The translations under genes and the position numbers were made by a program. A stretch of DNA of 64,000 nt from NCBI GenBank assembly GCA_040218735.1, contig JAVJQW010000017.1, forward strand, positions 320,001 through 384,000, read 5' to 3'. Origin of the DNA: Deltaproteobacteria bacterium. GTDB lineage: Bacteria > Myxococcota > Kuafuiibacteriia > Kuafuiibacteriales > Kuafuiibacteriaceae. The notes beneath the pieces are model-generated. The model did not search any database and was not told the origin of the DNA. It worked only from the letters and a program-made list of their open reading frames with translations. Below, in pieces: positions 19,601 to 30,200 of the stretch. The first letter of the stretch is position 1; every line of letters starts with the position of its first letter.

Positions 19601-20959
19601 TCAGATCTCGACGATCGTGAGGGCGTCGCGAACGCTCGTCGCGGCGGCGCGCTCCAACAGCTCGTCGGCCGGCGACCGCCCGCGCTCCGCGCGCTCCACC
19701 AACGGCATCACACACTCGGCGCAGTCGGGCGCGCTCTTGTCGAGGCGTTCGTGAGCGCGCTTCGTGAGCCACTTGATCACGTCGCGCACGGGTCCGGCGG
19801 GTGAGTCGGCGTCGAGGGCGAGCGTCGCGATCTTCGGCTGGAGCTCGCGCGCCGCCTCGTAGTCGATCGCGGCGAGGCGCTCGTCGACCTCACGACGTGT
19901 GTCCTCGTCGTCGAGGAGCCCGCGCCAGAAGCCACCGATCGCGACCGCCTCCTCGGGCAGCACGCAGTCCGCGCCGCGCATCTCGACGTAGCCCTTCGTA
20001 CGGATCTCCGGGAAGAAGGTCGTCAGGTGATCGAGGAGGTCCGAGACCGTCACCGTCGTGCCCTGGAACCCGTCCTGCGCGTACGCGGCGAACGGCTTGT
20101 CGTCCGCGGGGACGAACTTGCCCTCGCGCATGAAGAACATCGGCGCTGCCTTCATCGCGCGCTCCATGTAGCGCCGCGGGCGGAGACCTTCGTCGTCGAA
20201 CATCTCCGGCCACAGGCCGCAGCGCTCGTCGTCGGTCTCGAGCCAGATCTGGTAGCGCACCGTCTTGAAGCCGTTCGGCTTGCCCTCGGTGAACGGCGAC
20301 GCCGCGACCAGCGCGCTCAGGAACGGCGACACCCGCGCGGCGGTCCGCACCTTGTCGACGAGGTTCTGCTCCGACTGGAAGTCGACCGTGCACTGCACGC
20401 TCCCGGTCAGGTGCATCATGTCGAGCGCGCGCGCGCCGCGCGGTCCGAGGTAGCGGCGCATCATGTCGTAGCGCGGCTTCGGCATGCGCGGCGCGGTGTC
20501 GCGGTTGACGAACGGCTGCTGGCCCATCGCGAGGAACCGCACGCCGATCTCGTCGCCGGCGGTGTGCAGCGCGGTCGAGTACTCCAGCACCTCGGCCTTC
20601 ATCTTTTGAAGCGAACGGTGCGGGCGCGACGCGAACTCGAGCTGCCCGCCCGGCTCCAACGAGATGATCTGTCCGTCACCCTCCAAACCCACGAGCGCGC
20701 CGTCCGCCTCCTCGACGCGCTCCATCGAGCGACGCTCGCCGAGCTTCTCCAGGATCTGGGCGATCTGCGCGTGGGTCGCGGGCATCCCGTCCGACAGCTG
20801 CAGGGAGAGGAGCTCGAGCTCCATGCCCAGGTACCACTGGGTCTCGGGCTTGGCGGCCGAGAGGAACAGCTTCTCGAGCTCCGCCGGCGCGGCGTCACGC
20901 ACCGGGCGAGAGAGCAGCGCGCGCTCCTCCTCGTCCGACAGCACCATGGGCTTGGACAT
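19601..20959 (-). CDS. gshA: Glutamate--cysteine ligase (GCS2 family)
   Basis: LGMELE, ISLEPGGQLE, MPKPRYDMM, SPFTEGKPNGF, HLTTFFPEIR..GYVEMRGAD. Confidence 0.9.
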   Translation of the reverse strand: MSKPMVLSDEEERALLSRPVRDAAPAELEKLFLSAAKPETQWYLGMELELLSLQLSDGMPATHAQIAQILEKLGERRSMERVEEADGALVGLEGDGQIISLEPGGQLEFASRPHRSLQKMKAEVLEYSTALHTAGDEIGVRFLAMGQQPFVNRDTAPRMPKPRYDMMRRYLGPRGARALDMMHLTGSVQCTVDFQSEQNLVDKVRTAARVSPFLSALVAASPFTEGKPNGFKTVRYQIWLETDDERCGLWPEMFDDEGLRPRRYMERAMKAAPMFFMREGKFVPADDKPFAAYAQDGFQGTTVTVSDLLDHLTTFFPEIRTKGYVEMRGADCVLPEEAVAIGGFWRGLLDDEDTRREVDERLAAIDYEAARELQPKIATLALDADSPAGPVRDVIKWLTKRAHERLDKSAPDCAECVMPLVERAERGRSPADELLERAAATSVRDALTIVEI

Positions 20960-20983
20960 GCCTTCGTTGGACCAACTTTTTTC

Positions 20984-21994
20984 CTACGGAGCAAGCGAGA
21001 CCGAACGGGTGAGGGCTTTTGCGCGACGGACCGAAAACGGCTGCCGACCGTAGTGCGTGTCGTCCATCCGCTGGATCGCGACCTCCGCCCACGCGGTGTG
21101 GATCATCCAGTCGTCCGCGTCGAAGACACCCTTCTCCCCGGCGTCCGCGTAGAACGCGCCGACGTGCCCGTCGAAGATGATCCAGTCCCCGGGACGGAGC
21201 CCGCCCTCCCCGACCGCGATCGGCTCGCCATCGGCGTCGACGTAGACCTTCCCGCGTCGGGCTTCGACCGGTCCGACCACCGCGCGACTGTGGGGTCCCA
21301 TCGTGCGACTCGATACGTACGGCACGTCGTGCCCCATTCGACGCAGGCCGTAGACCATGAGGTCCGCGCAATCGACGCCGACCCCGCGCTCGGCCTGGTG
21401 CAGCTCGCGCCCGATGTTCGCGCTGCCGAACACGTACGGGACGTTGCCGAGCTCGGTGAGGTAGCCGAGGTAGTCGTTCGAGCGGCGCAACGTCACCCGG
21501 CGCGCGTCCTTCGCCGCCGGGACGCCGCCGTCGTACGCGCCATCGGGCGCGGCCGAGGTGTGCTCCGAACCGTCGGCGAGGGTCACGCGCACGGCGTAGC
21601 GCATCGTCCCGCCGACGCCGATCCCCGCGCGCTGCAGCGGCGCGTGGTCGGCGCGAATCGACGGCGCTCGGTCCGCGATGGTGCGTGACGCGTACGCGAT
21701 CGGCGCGACCTTGAATCCACCCGACGGCACGTTGTTGTACCAGGGCTTCGTCGGCTCGATCTTCGACCACCGCGTCCGCACGTCATCGGGGATCGGCGCC
21801 ACGCGGCAACGTGTCTTCGGCTTCGGTGCGTTTGTGTAGAGTGTGCACCGGCGACCGCGGCGCGCGACGATCGCGGCGTGCAGCATGACTTCGTCCGACG
21901 CCTTCGCGAAGACGTCCTTCGCCTCCGCCGGGCCACCGTTGACGGCGGCGAGCACGAGGATCTCGGCGACGTGTTTCGCGAGCAGCGCGGTCAT
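20984..21994 (-). CDS. Exported NlpC/P60-superfamily cysteine hydrolase-like protein
   Basis: VPYVFGS...GVDCADLM...PGDWIIFDGHVG...MIH (Cys-His motifs); start overlaps stop of the L,D-transpeptidase gene. Confidence 0.6.
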   Translation of the reverse strand: MTALLAKHVAEILVLAAVNGGPAEAKDVFAKASDEVMLHAAIVARRGRRCTLYTNAPKPKTRCRVAPIPDDVRTRWSKIEPTKPWYNNVPSGGFKVAPIAYASRTIADRAPSIRADHAPLQRAGIGVGGTMRYAVRVTLADGSEHTSAAPDGAYDGGVPAAKDARRVTLRRSNDYLGYLTELGNVPYVFGSANIGRELHQAERGVGVDCADLMVYGLRRMGHDVPYVSSRTMGPHSRAVVGPVEARRGKVYVDADGEPIAVGEGGLRPGDWIIFDGHVGAFYADAGEKGVFDADDWMIHTAWAEVAIQRMDDTHYGRQPFSVRRAKALTRSVSLAP

Positions 21995-22515
21995 GGCAGC
22001 ACCACGATCTCGTCACCCACGCGGACCTGCGCGTAGAGCCATTCGATCTCCTCGTCCGAGATCGCGATGCAGCCGAGCGTCCAGTCGCTCCCACCACCGC
22101 CACCGTGTACGCCGACGAGGCCGCCGAGCCCGGTGTACTGGGGGGGCTTCTTCTTGTTGGCGGCGGCGCGTTCGATCTGACGGAGCACCTTCTTGCTGAT
22201 GCGCCCGTCGGCGTGGGCCTTTCGCGCGTGGCGCGGCATCGGATAGGACAGGCCGAAGAACCGGTGGAACTGCGAGCCCGGGTTCTTCCACGCGACGTAG
22301 TAGCGGCCCTCGGGGGTGCGGCCGTCGCCCTCGATCGTCTTGTCCTTTTCGGGCGCGAAGCCGAGGCCGACGCGGAAGGTGCGCACGACGCGACCGTCGA
22401 CCTCCAGGGTGAGCTTGCGTTTTGCCTTCTCGATCTTCACCACGTGGCGCGGGCGGGCCTCGGCGGTGGAGGCGATGGCCAACGAGGCGAACAACAGCAA
22501 CAGCGTTCTCGACAT
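21991..22515 (-). CDS. L,D-transpeptidase (YkuD family)
   Basis: Signal peptide; KTIEGDGRTPEGRY, LSYP, VGVHGG...WTLGCIA catalytic motif. Confidence 0.9.
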   Translation of the reverse strand: MSRTLLLLFASLAIASTAEARPRHVVKIEKAKRKLTLEVDGRVVRTFRVGLGFAPEKDKTIEGDGRTPEGRYYVAWKNPGSQFHRFFGLSYPMPRHARKAHADGRISKKVLRQIERAAANKKKPPQYTGLGGLVGVHGGGGGSDWTLGCIAISDEEIEWLYAQVRVGDEIVVLP

Positions 22516-22634
22516 GCCCTTGGAACAACGCAACGTACGTGCCACGGACATCCTATCGGTTCCGCGAGGACGGCGCCGTGGCGCACGTCGCACGCGCGCG
22601 AACGACGATCACTTTCTGTACAGGGGGAGCGCGA

Positions 22635-23381
22635 TCACACGGGCGTGCGGTCTTCGGTCTTGGCGTACAGGCGCGAGGCGCCGACGACCGCGCTGGGGAT
22701 CGCGATGAGGCCGAGGAACGGCACGAACATCGACAGCGAGATCACCGCGCCGGTACCGAGTGTGATCCACAGGTACCTGAGGAACCACTTCACCCGCTGC
22801 CCGCCGGAGTGCCCGGTCATGAGGAGCGCCGAGTTGAGCGCGCTCGAGCCGAGGCCGAACCACGCGATGAGGAGGCCGACGATCCAGAACGCGATGCCGA
22901 CGACCGGGATGAGGCTGAGCCCCCAGCACACGACCGCGGGGACGGCGAGGACCAAGCCGCGCACGAGGTCCGGCACAGCGCCCTTCACGAAGCCGGGGTC
23001 CTTCCACGCGATGTGCTCTTCGTCGAGCATGTAGGCGGCCATCTTGTCGTAGAACGGGCCCCCCACCAGCTCGACGATCGCGGTGAACAGGACGGCGGCG
23101 AGCGCGAGGAGCCCCAGCACGAGGATCACGACCGACAGCCACCACAGGTAGACCATCCAGTCGTCGGGTTTGAAGCGTTCCAGGAGGCGCGGCGTGAAGT
23201 AGATGATGCCGCCGGTGAGGACCGTGTAGACCAGCGTAGTCAGGCCCAGCGGGATGACGGCGAGCCCGCGGAGCTTGCTGTCGCCGAGGATCCGCTTGAG
23301 CCCCCAGAAGACGGCGCCGCCGCCGACGAAGAATCCGGAGATGCCGCGGCGGAAGCCGCGATCGACTAGGGGGCTCGCCAT
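22635..23381 (-). CDS. EI24/CysZ-like membrane protein
   Basis: Several TM helices; GPFYDKMA and LSLIPVVG motifs typical of CysZ/EI24. Confidence 0.75.
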   Translation of the reverse strand: MASPLVDRGFRRGISGFFVGGGAVFWGLKRILGDSKLRGLAVIPLGLTTLVYTVLTGGIIYFTPRLLERFKPDDWMVYLWWLSVVILVLGLLALAAVLFTAIVELVGGPFYDKMAAYMLDEEHIAWKDPGFVKGAVPDLVRGLVLAVPAVVCWGLSLIPVVGIAFWIVGLLIAWFGLGSSALNSALLMTGHSGGQRVKWFLRYLWITLGTGAVISLSMFVPFLGLIAIPSAVVGASRLYAKTEDRTPV

Positions 23382-23497
23382 CGCTTCGAACAGCCTCGGC
23401 ACGTCACCGAGGACGTCCAGCGGGTAGCACGTCCGCGTGCGCCAACGCACGCCCGAATCCTTGCCTTGGCCCCCAAAAGGCGGTTTGAGTCGGCGAT

Positions 23498-26400
23498 ATG
23501 CGTATCTTGGCGCCGTTCCTGGCGCTCACGCTGTCGGCGGGTGCGGCCTCCGACGCCGCGAAGACCGCCGCGCTCCCCGGGCCGAAGCCCGCGCCCGACG
23601 CGCGACGTTGGGTCGGCGCCGACGGCGTCATGAAGCGCCTCGCGGAGCAGGCCGAAGCGGCGGCGAAGCGGGCCGACGACACGGCGCTCGCGCGGCTCTA
23701 CCGGCTGACGAACATCGAACGCCTGGTGCACCGCCCCGAGATCGTGCGGCCTGCGCTCGACGTCATCGCGAAGACCCGCGACCCGCTCGTCCGAGACCAC
23801 GCGCAATACCTCATCGCGCGCGATGATCGTCGCCGCGGCGAGCTCGAAGTTTCGCGCAAGACGATCGCCGAGCTCGGCTTCCTCACCGGAGGGCTGCTCA
23901 TCGGCCCGTTCGACAACGCCACCGGCCGCGGACACGACGAGATCTACGCGCCGGAGATCTCGTTCGACACGCCCGTCCGCGGGAAGTCACACGCCGTCGC
24001 CTGGAACGCGCTCGAAGGTCTCGTGCCCGACGGTCACGTCGAGCTCGCCCGCCTCGTGAGCCCGAGCAACGAAGCCACCGCGTACGTAGCCGCCGTCCTC
24101 GAGTCGAAGCGACGGACGAAGATCGCGCTGCGCACGGGTTCGATCGATCAACTGCGCGTCTTCGTGAACGGGCTGGAGGTCTACGCGATCGACACCCGCC
24201 GCGACGCCCACCCGGACCAGGACGCCATCCCCGTCGAGCTCGTCGCGGGCGACAACCTCGTGCTGTTCAAGTCGTCGTGGGTCGCGGAGTCAGGGCGCCT
24301 GTTCGCGCGCGCGACCGCGCCGCGGGGTGGCGCCGCCGCGGGGGTGAGCTGGGTCTACGATCGCGAGCGCATCGCCGCCGCGTACCAGCGCGCGAAGGAC
24401 GCACCGGCGACGAAGAAGGCGACCCACGCCGTCGTCGGTGTCACCGACGGCATCCAGCGCGCGGTCGAGCGAGCGCGGCGCGGCCAGGAGGGTGACACCC
24501 TCGCGCTGCGCGCCGACCTCTACGCGATCACTTCGTCGTTCGATCGCCGCAAGCTCCCGACGCCGCCCGAATCCGACCTCGAGTCGGCACTCCGGTTGCT
24601 GCCCGAGGACCCGATGGTTCGCTTCTTCTACGCACACCGCGTGCGCGCGCGGGATCCCAACCTCGCGCTTCACCAGTGGGAGGCGACGCTCGAATCGGAT
24701 CCGAAGTTCGTCCCCGCGCTGCTCGAGCTCGCGGACGCCGCGCGACGCTCGGGTCGGGTCCTCGAAGCCCACGCGCGCATCGAGGCGGCGATCGCGGCGG
24801 ACCCGACGTTGACGGCGTCGCACGTCGCCCGCGCCCAGCTCGGCAACGACGCGCTCGACGAGGGGCCCGCCGCGCTGCTCCGGTTGCGAGAGGCGCCGGG
24901 GTTCGATCGCACGCCGGGTGCGCTCGTCGACGCCGCACGGATGGCGCGCGCGCAGGGGGATCGGAACGCCGCGCGGCGAGACGTGCGTCGCGCCCTCGCG
25001 TTGGATCGCGACCGCCCGACGGCGCGCCTAATGGCGGTGAACCTCGCGCTCGACACGGCGGAGGTGGACGACGCGCTCGAACACCTCGGCCAAGCGATTC
25101 AGCTGAGGCCGTTCTCGGTGCACCTCGTCCTCCAGCGCGCGCGGATCCTCGCGGGTCGTAACGCGCTCGACGAGGCGCTCGCGCAGATCGCGGCCGCGAA
25201 GCGCATCGCGCCCGACGACCCGACCTCGTTCTCGCTCGAAGCCGAGCTGCTGCTCCTCTCGGGCAAGAAGGAGGCGGCGATCGCCGCGTACGACGAGGCG
25301 CTCGCCCGCGACCCGCAGCAACCGGACGTCCGTCGCCACCGGCGCGCGCTCTCCGGACAACGCGACGAGCTCGAGGACGAGTTCACGGCCGACGCGAAGA
25401 AGCTCCTCACCGCGCCGGTCTCGGAGGAGGAGAAGCAGTGGGGCGCGGCCTACCTGTTGGACCGCAAAGCGGTGCGGCTGTTCGAGAACGGCAAGAGCAC
25501 CAAGTTCGCGCAGTACGTCATCCGCCTCACGAACCCGCGCCTCGAAGACGCGCTCCGCGCGCAGCAGATCCCGTACTCACCGAGCCGCGAGGTGGTGGAG
25601 GTGTTGTCGGCGGAGCGGCTGCGTCCGTCCGGGGAGATCGAGAAGGCGGCGACGATTCGCGACACGGGTCCGAGCGGGAAGGTGTCCGGGATGTACATCG
25701 ACCAGCGGAGCAAGACGATCGTCTTCAACGATCTCGCCGCCGGTGACCTCGTGCACGTGCGCTATCGGATCGACTCGATCGGCGAGAACATCTTCGGCGG
25801 GTTCTTCGGCGACGTGGAGGCGGTGCAGGCCGGCGTTCCGAAGCGCGACGTCGAGTACACGGTCATCACGCCGAAGTCGCGACCGCTGTACGCGGCGTCG
25901 ATCCGAACGAAGGACCCCATCGTCGAGGAGCGCGGAGATCGGACGTACATGACGTGGAAGTACGCGACCGTCGACGCGCTCGACATCGAGCCGTACGCAC
26001 CGCCCTACCCGCAGCTCGGCTCGATGGTCAGCGTGAGCACCTACGAGAACTGGGCGGCGCTCGGGAAGTGGTACGCGCGGCTGTTCTCGGATCAGCTCGA
26101 GCTCGACAAGGCGGCGCGCGACGCGGGCAAGCGCGCGGTGAAGGGCGCCAAGACCGACGAAGAGAAGATTCGGCGGCTCTACGACTACGTCGTGAAGAAC
26201 ACCCGCTACGTCGGCATCGAGCTCGGCATCCACGGGTGGAAGCCGTACAAGGCGTCGGAGGTGCACCGGCGCCGCTACGGCGACTGCAAGGACAAGGCGA
26301 CCCTGCTGTCCGCGCTCCTGCGCGACAACGGCGTGGACGCGACGATCACGCTGGTGCGCACTTCGGACCGCGGCGTGCTCCCGGAAGACCACGCGACGAT

Positions 26401-27205
26401 GTGGGCGTTCAACCACGCCATCACGTACATCCCTTCGCAGAAGCTGTTCCTCGATCCCACCGCCGAGTTCTCGGGCTCGACGGAGCTGCCGTACCAGGAC
26501 CAGGACGCGATGGCGCTCATCGTCCACCCGAACGGCGACACGAAGCTCGTCCGCATCCCGAAGAGCGGCCCGAAGGACAACCGCAACGAGTCGCAGTACG
26601 TCGCGAAGATCGGGCGCGACACGAGCCTGACGATGACCGGTGAGGAGCGCTTCTTCGGCGCGCGCGCTTCGCAGCTTCGGCAGGAGCTCGAGGAGCAGAA
26701 GACCCGCAAGACGATCCTCGAACGTCAGCTCGGTCAGATCCTCGCGGGCGCGAAGATCACCTCGCTCGACTTCTCGGACCTGTCGGACATCGAGGCCCCC
26801 GTGAAGTACGACTACAGCTTCACGGTGCCGAACTACGGGCGCGTCGACCAGGGGCGCCTGCTGCTGCCGGTCGCGCTGTACCAACACCAGGTCGCGACCG
26901 CGTACGCGCAGCTCGCGGAGCGGAAGACGGCGCTGCACATCAACCACCCGTGGACGACGACGAACGAGATTCGCTACGTGCTGCCCGAGGGGTCCACGGT
27001 GGAACAGCTGCCGGAGGGGGTCACGATCGAGTCGAAGCACGTGTCGCTCGTGCAGGTCGTGGAGAAGACGCCGGACGGGTTCCTCACGCGTGACACCGTG
27101 TCGCTGAAGACGAAGACGATCCCGCCCGAAGACTACGGCGAGTTCCGCAACACCTGCCTGGCGATCGACCGGGCGCTCGAGCGAGGGGTGGTGATCAAGC
27201 TATGA
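23498..27205 (+). CDS. Secreted TPR + DUF3857 + transglutaminase-like protein
   Basis: Signal peptide; IGPFDN beta-domain; TPRs; VRYRI; RYVGIELGIHGWKP...YGDCKDKA...FNHAI...FLDPT (Cys-His-Asp triad). Confidence 0.85.
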   Translation: MRILAPFLALTLSAGAASDAAKTAALPGPKPAPDARRWVGADGVMKRLAEQAEAAAKRADDTALARLYRLTNIERLVHRPEIVRPALDVIAKTRDPLVRDHAQYLIARDDRRRGELEVSRKTIAELGFLTGGLLIGPFDNATGRGHDEIYAPEISFDTPVRGKSHAVAWNALEGLVPDGHVELARLVSPSNEATAYVAAVLESKRRTKIALRTGSIDQLRVFVNGLEVYAIDTRRDAHPDQDAIPVELVAGDNLVLFKSSWVAESGRLFARATAPRGGAAAGVSWVYDRERIAAAYQRAKDAPATKKATHAVVGVTDGIQRAVERARRGQEGDTLALRADLYAITSSFDRRKLPTPPESDLESALRLLPEDPMVRFFYAHRVRARDPNLALHQWEATLESDPKFVPALLELADAARRSGRVLEAHARIEAAIAADPTLTASHVARAQLGNDALDEGPAALLRLREAPGFDRTPGALVDAARMARAQGDRNAARRDVRRALALDRDRPTARLMAVNLALDTAEVDDALEHLGQAIQLRPFSVHLVLQRARILAGRNALDEALAQIAAAKRIAPDDPTSFSLEAELLLLSGKKEAAIAAYDEALARDPQQPDVRRHRRALSGQRDELEDEFTADAKKLLTAPVSEEEKQWGAAYLLDRKAVRLFENGKSTKFAQYVIRLTNPRLEDALRAQQIPYSPSREVVEVLSAERLRPSGEIEKAATIRDTGPSGKVSGMYIDQRSKTIVFNDLAAGDLVHVRYRIDSIGENIFGGFFGDVEAVQAGVPKRDVEYTVITPKSRPLYAASIRTKDPIVEERGDRTYMTWKYATVDALDIEPYAPPYPQLGSMVSVSTYENWAALGKWYARLFSDQLELDKAARDAGKRAVKGAKTDEEKIRRLYDYVVKNTRYVGIELGIHGWKPYKASEVHRRRYGDCKDKATLLSALLRDNGVDATITLVRTSDRGVLPEDHATMWAFNHAITYIPSQKLFLDPTAEFSGSTELPYQDQDAMALIVHPNGDTKLVRIPKSGPKDNRNESQYVAKIGRDTSLTMTGEERFFGARASQLRQELEEQKTRKTILERQLGQILAGAKITSLDFSDLSDIEAPVKYDYSFTVPNYGRVDQGRLLLPVALYQHQVATAYAQLAERKTALHINHPWTTTNEIRYVLPEGSTVEQLPEGVTIESKHVSLVQVVEKTPDGFLTRDTVSLKTKTIPPEDYGEFRNTCLAIDRALERGVVIKL

Positions 27206-30200
27206 AACGCGCAGCGTGGCTCCTCCTGCTGTTCGCCGTCGCGTGTAAGACCACGTCGACCGCGAAGCGCTTCGAACCGCTCCCCACCGCGACGCCCGCC
27301 GAGGACGCACGGCAACGCGCGCGGGGCCTCAAGGACGACGGCGTCGCCGCGGTCGTGGCGTGGATCGAGGGCAACGACCGCAAGTACGCGCGCGAGCGCC
27401 TCGACGCCGGGATCGAGAAAGCCCCCAACAAGGCGCACCTGAGGATCGCGCGGGCGGTGTTGTCCCTCTCGGAGCTCGACGAGGTCGCCGCGTGGCGCGA
27501 TCTCGCACACGTGATCGAGGCCGCCCCCGACTCCGCGGAGGCAGAGCTCGCGATGGTGTTGATCGCCGACCGCGTGCGCGCGACGCGCGACGCCGAGGTC
27601 CTGAGCGCCGCGCTCGCGAAGACCATGGAGGCGGGCCGCGCCGAGCGCGTCGTCATCGCCTCGGCGATCTCGGCGCGCATCGCGTCGGGGCTGAACAAGG
27701 ACGACGACGCGAAGAAGGCGATGGCCCGCGCCGGCAAACTCGTCGACTGGCGAGGCATCGGCCCGATCGCACCGTTGGATCATCGCGAGATGGCGGAGCG
27801 CCCGCGGTACGTGGACTCGAGCGACTGGTCGAACCCAGAGCCCTTCCGCGGCGCCATCCCGTCGATCGACAGCTACGGACACACCCGCCGCGGCCACCTC
27901 CGCCCGAAGGGGTCGCCGGGGCTCTACGTCTTCGAGACGTTCGTCGAGCTCGATGAAGCCGGCGCGCTGTTGCTCGACGCGCGCCTCCCCACGACCTCAC
28001 GCATCGAGATCGATGGGCAGCTCGTCGTCGATCACGACCTCGGCGATCGGCAACGGCCGCACCGCGTCCGTGTCCCGCTGCGCGCGGGTGCCGGCTGGCA
28101 CCGCGTCACCCTGACCATGCTCGGCAGCCCTTCGCACCGCGTGTCGATCGGGCTCCTCGCGGCGGACGGCGCGCCGGTGGTCAAGCAGCAGGCCGAAGCG
28201 CTCCCGAAGGGTGCTGCGCTGGTGTCCGTCGCGCCGGCCGTGGGGCAGCGCGCGGTCGACGCCGACATGCCGATCGATGCGCCAGACCTCGTCGCGAAGT
28301 GGATTCGCTCCGACGACTGGTCGTGGTTCGGGCGCACCATGGCGGCGTTCGTTCACCTCTCCGGTTGGTACCGCGACCTGGAGTCGGCGCGCGCCGTGCT
28401 GTTCGGGGTCGACGTCGCGGCCCCCGAGTCCGCGGCGCTGCACCTCGCGCACGGGCGCCTGCTCCGATGGACGAACCGCCCCTCCGGGATGGTCCAGGCG
28501 TCGGTGGCGGAGGCCTTGGAGCTCGACCCGACGCACCCCGCCGCGCTCGTCGCGCTCGCGGCGGCGATTCAGTCCGACGACGCCGACCGCGCGTTGGCGT
28601 TGGTGGAGCGCGCGGAGAAGGCCGCGCCGCATTCGCTGCGACCGGACGTGCTGCGGCTCCGCATCTACCGCGAGCGCGGGTGGCGCGCCGAGGCCGTGGA
28701 GCTGCTCCGCGCGATCGTGAAGCGCGACCCACCGCAGAGCGTGCTGCGCGACGGAGCGCAGTTCCTCCGCAGCCTCGACTACGTCGAGGAGGCCAACACT
28801 CTCCTCGCGCGCGCGGACGCGATGACGAAGGACGAGGTCTCGATCGACGCGAAGCTGATGCGCGGACAGATCGACGAAGCGATCGCCCAGCTGATCGAGG
28901 ACGGCGGTCCGAACAACTTCGCGCGCGCAGCGCGGCTGCTCCTGACGCGCGGCGAACGCGACGAAGCGAAGAAACGCGCCGACGCGGCGATCGAACGCGA
29001 CCCGGGGCACGTCGGCGCGCTGGAGGTTCGCCTCCGGATCGCGGTCCTGGAGGAGGACGCCGAGGCGGCGAAGCGGATCGTCGCTGCGCTGCGCACGCAG
29101 GGGTCGGCTTCGATCTCCCACGAGGTCCTCCGCTCGCTCGTCAGCGGCGAAACGCTGGCCCGTCCGGAGGCGGGCTCCTGGCTCGCGAAGGAGCTGAAGC
29201 ACGACGTCTGGCCGCAGATCCGCTACCTCCCCGGCACCGACGTCCCGCGCGGGCTCGACCCCGCCGACCCGAACAGCCGCTACGCGAGCGTGCGTCTGCT
29301 CGACCGCGTCGTCGACCACGTGCGCCCGAACGGACAGGCGCTGTCGTGGCGACACGAAGTCACGCGGCTGCAGACGAAGGAAGCGACCGACAAGGCCGGT
29401 GAGTTCCGCATCCCCGGCGACGCCCTCCCCGTCACGCTCCGCACGCTCAAGCCGGACGGGCGCATGCTCGACGTCGATCAACACAGCGGCAAGAACGACC
29501 TGTCGTTCTCCGCGCTCGCGCCCGGCGACGCCGTCGAACGTGAGTGGGTCGACGTGACGAGCCCAGCCACCGCGTGGGGCGGTTACATGCGGCGCTTCTA
29601 CTTCTCCGGGACGACGCCCACGGAGCGCTCCGACTACGTCGTCGTGGTGCCGAAGGGCCTGAAGGTCTGGACGCACAGCTACCACGGGGCGCCGGAGCCG
29701 ATCGTCCAGGACGAAGGCGACCACACGATCTACCTGTTCACCGCGCGCGACATCGAGGCGTTCCAGCCCGAGCCGGCGTCGGCTCCGTGGGAGGAGTTCG
29801 TGCCGTTCGTCGCGGTGGCGGTGGAGGCGGATCACGACCGCGCGCTCGCGGCGAACACCCTCGGCCTCGACGCCCTCACGCGCACGGCCTACGACGTGGA
29901 GGCGACGGCGCATCGGATCATCAAGGGGGTCCCGGAGGCGGAGCACGTGCGCGCGATCTTCCAGTGGGTGACGCGAGAGATCGGCGACGGACGTGCGCGC
30001 GAGCCGTCGGTCGTCCTCGCGACGAAGCGCGGTGACCGCGCCGGGATCTTCGCGGCGATGTTGCGAGCGATCGGCGTCCCCGCGGAGGTCGTGCTCGCGG
30101 AGTCCGGGGGGAACCTCCGCATCTCGCCGCGGTTCCCGATGACCTCGCGCTTCGAGATGGGTCTCGTGCGCATCACCCCGAAGGACCAGCCCACGGAGTG

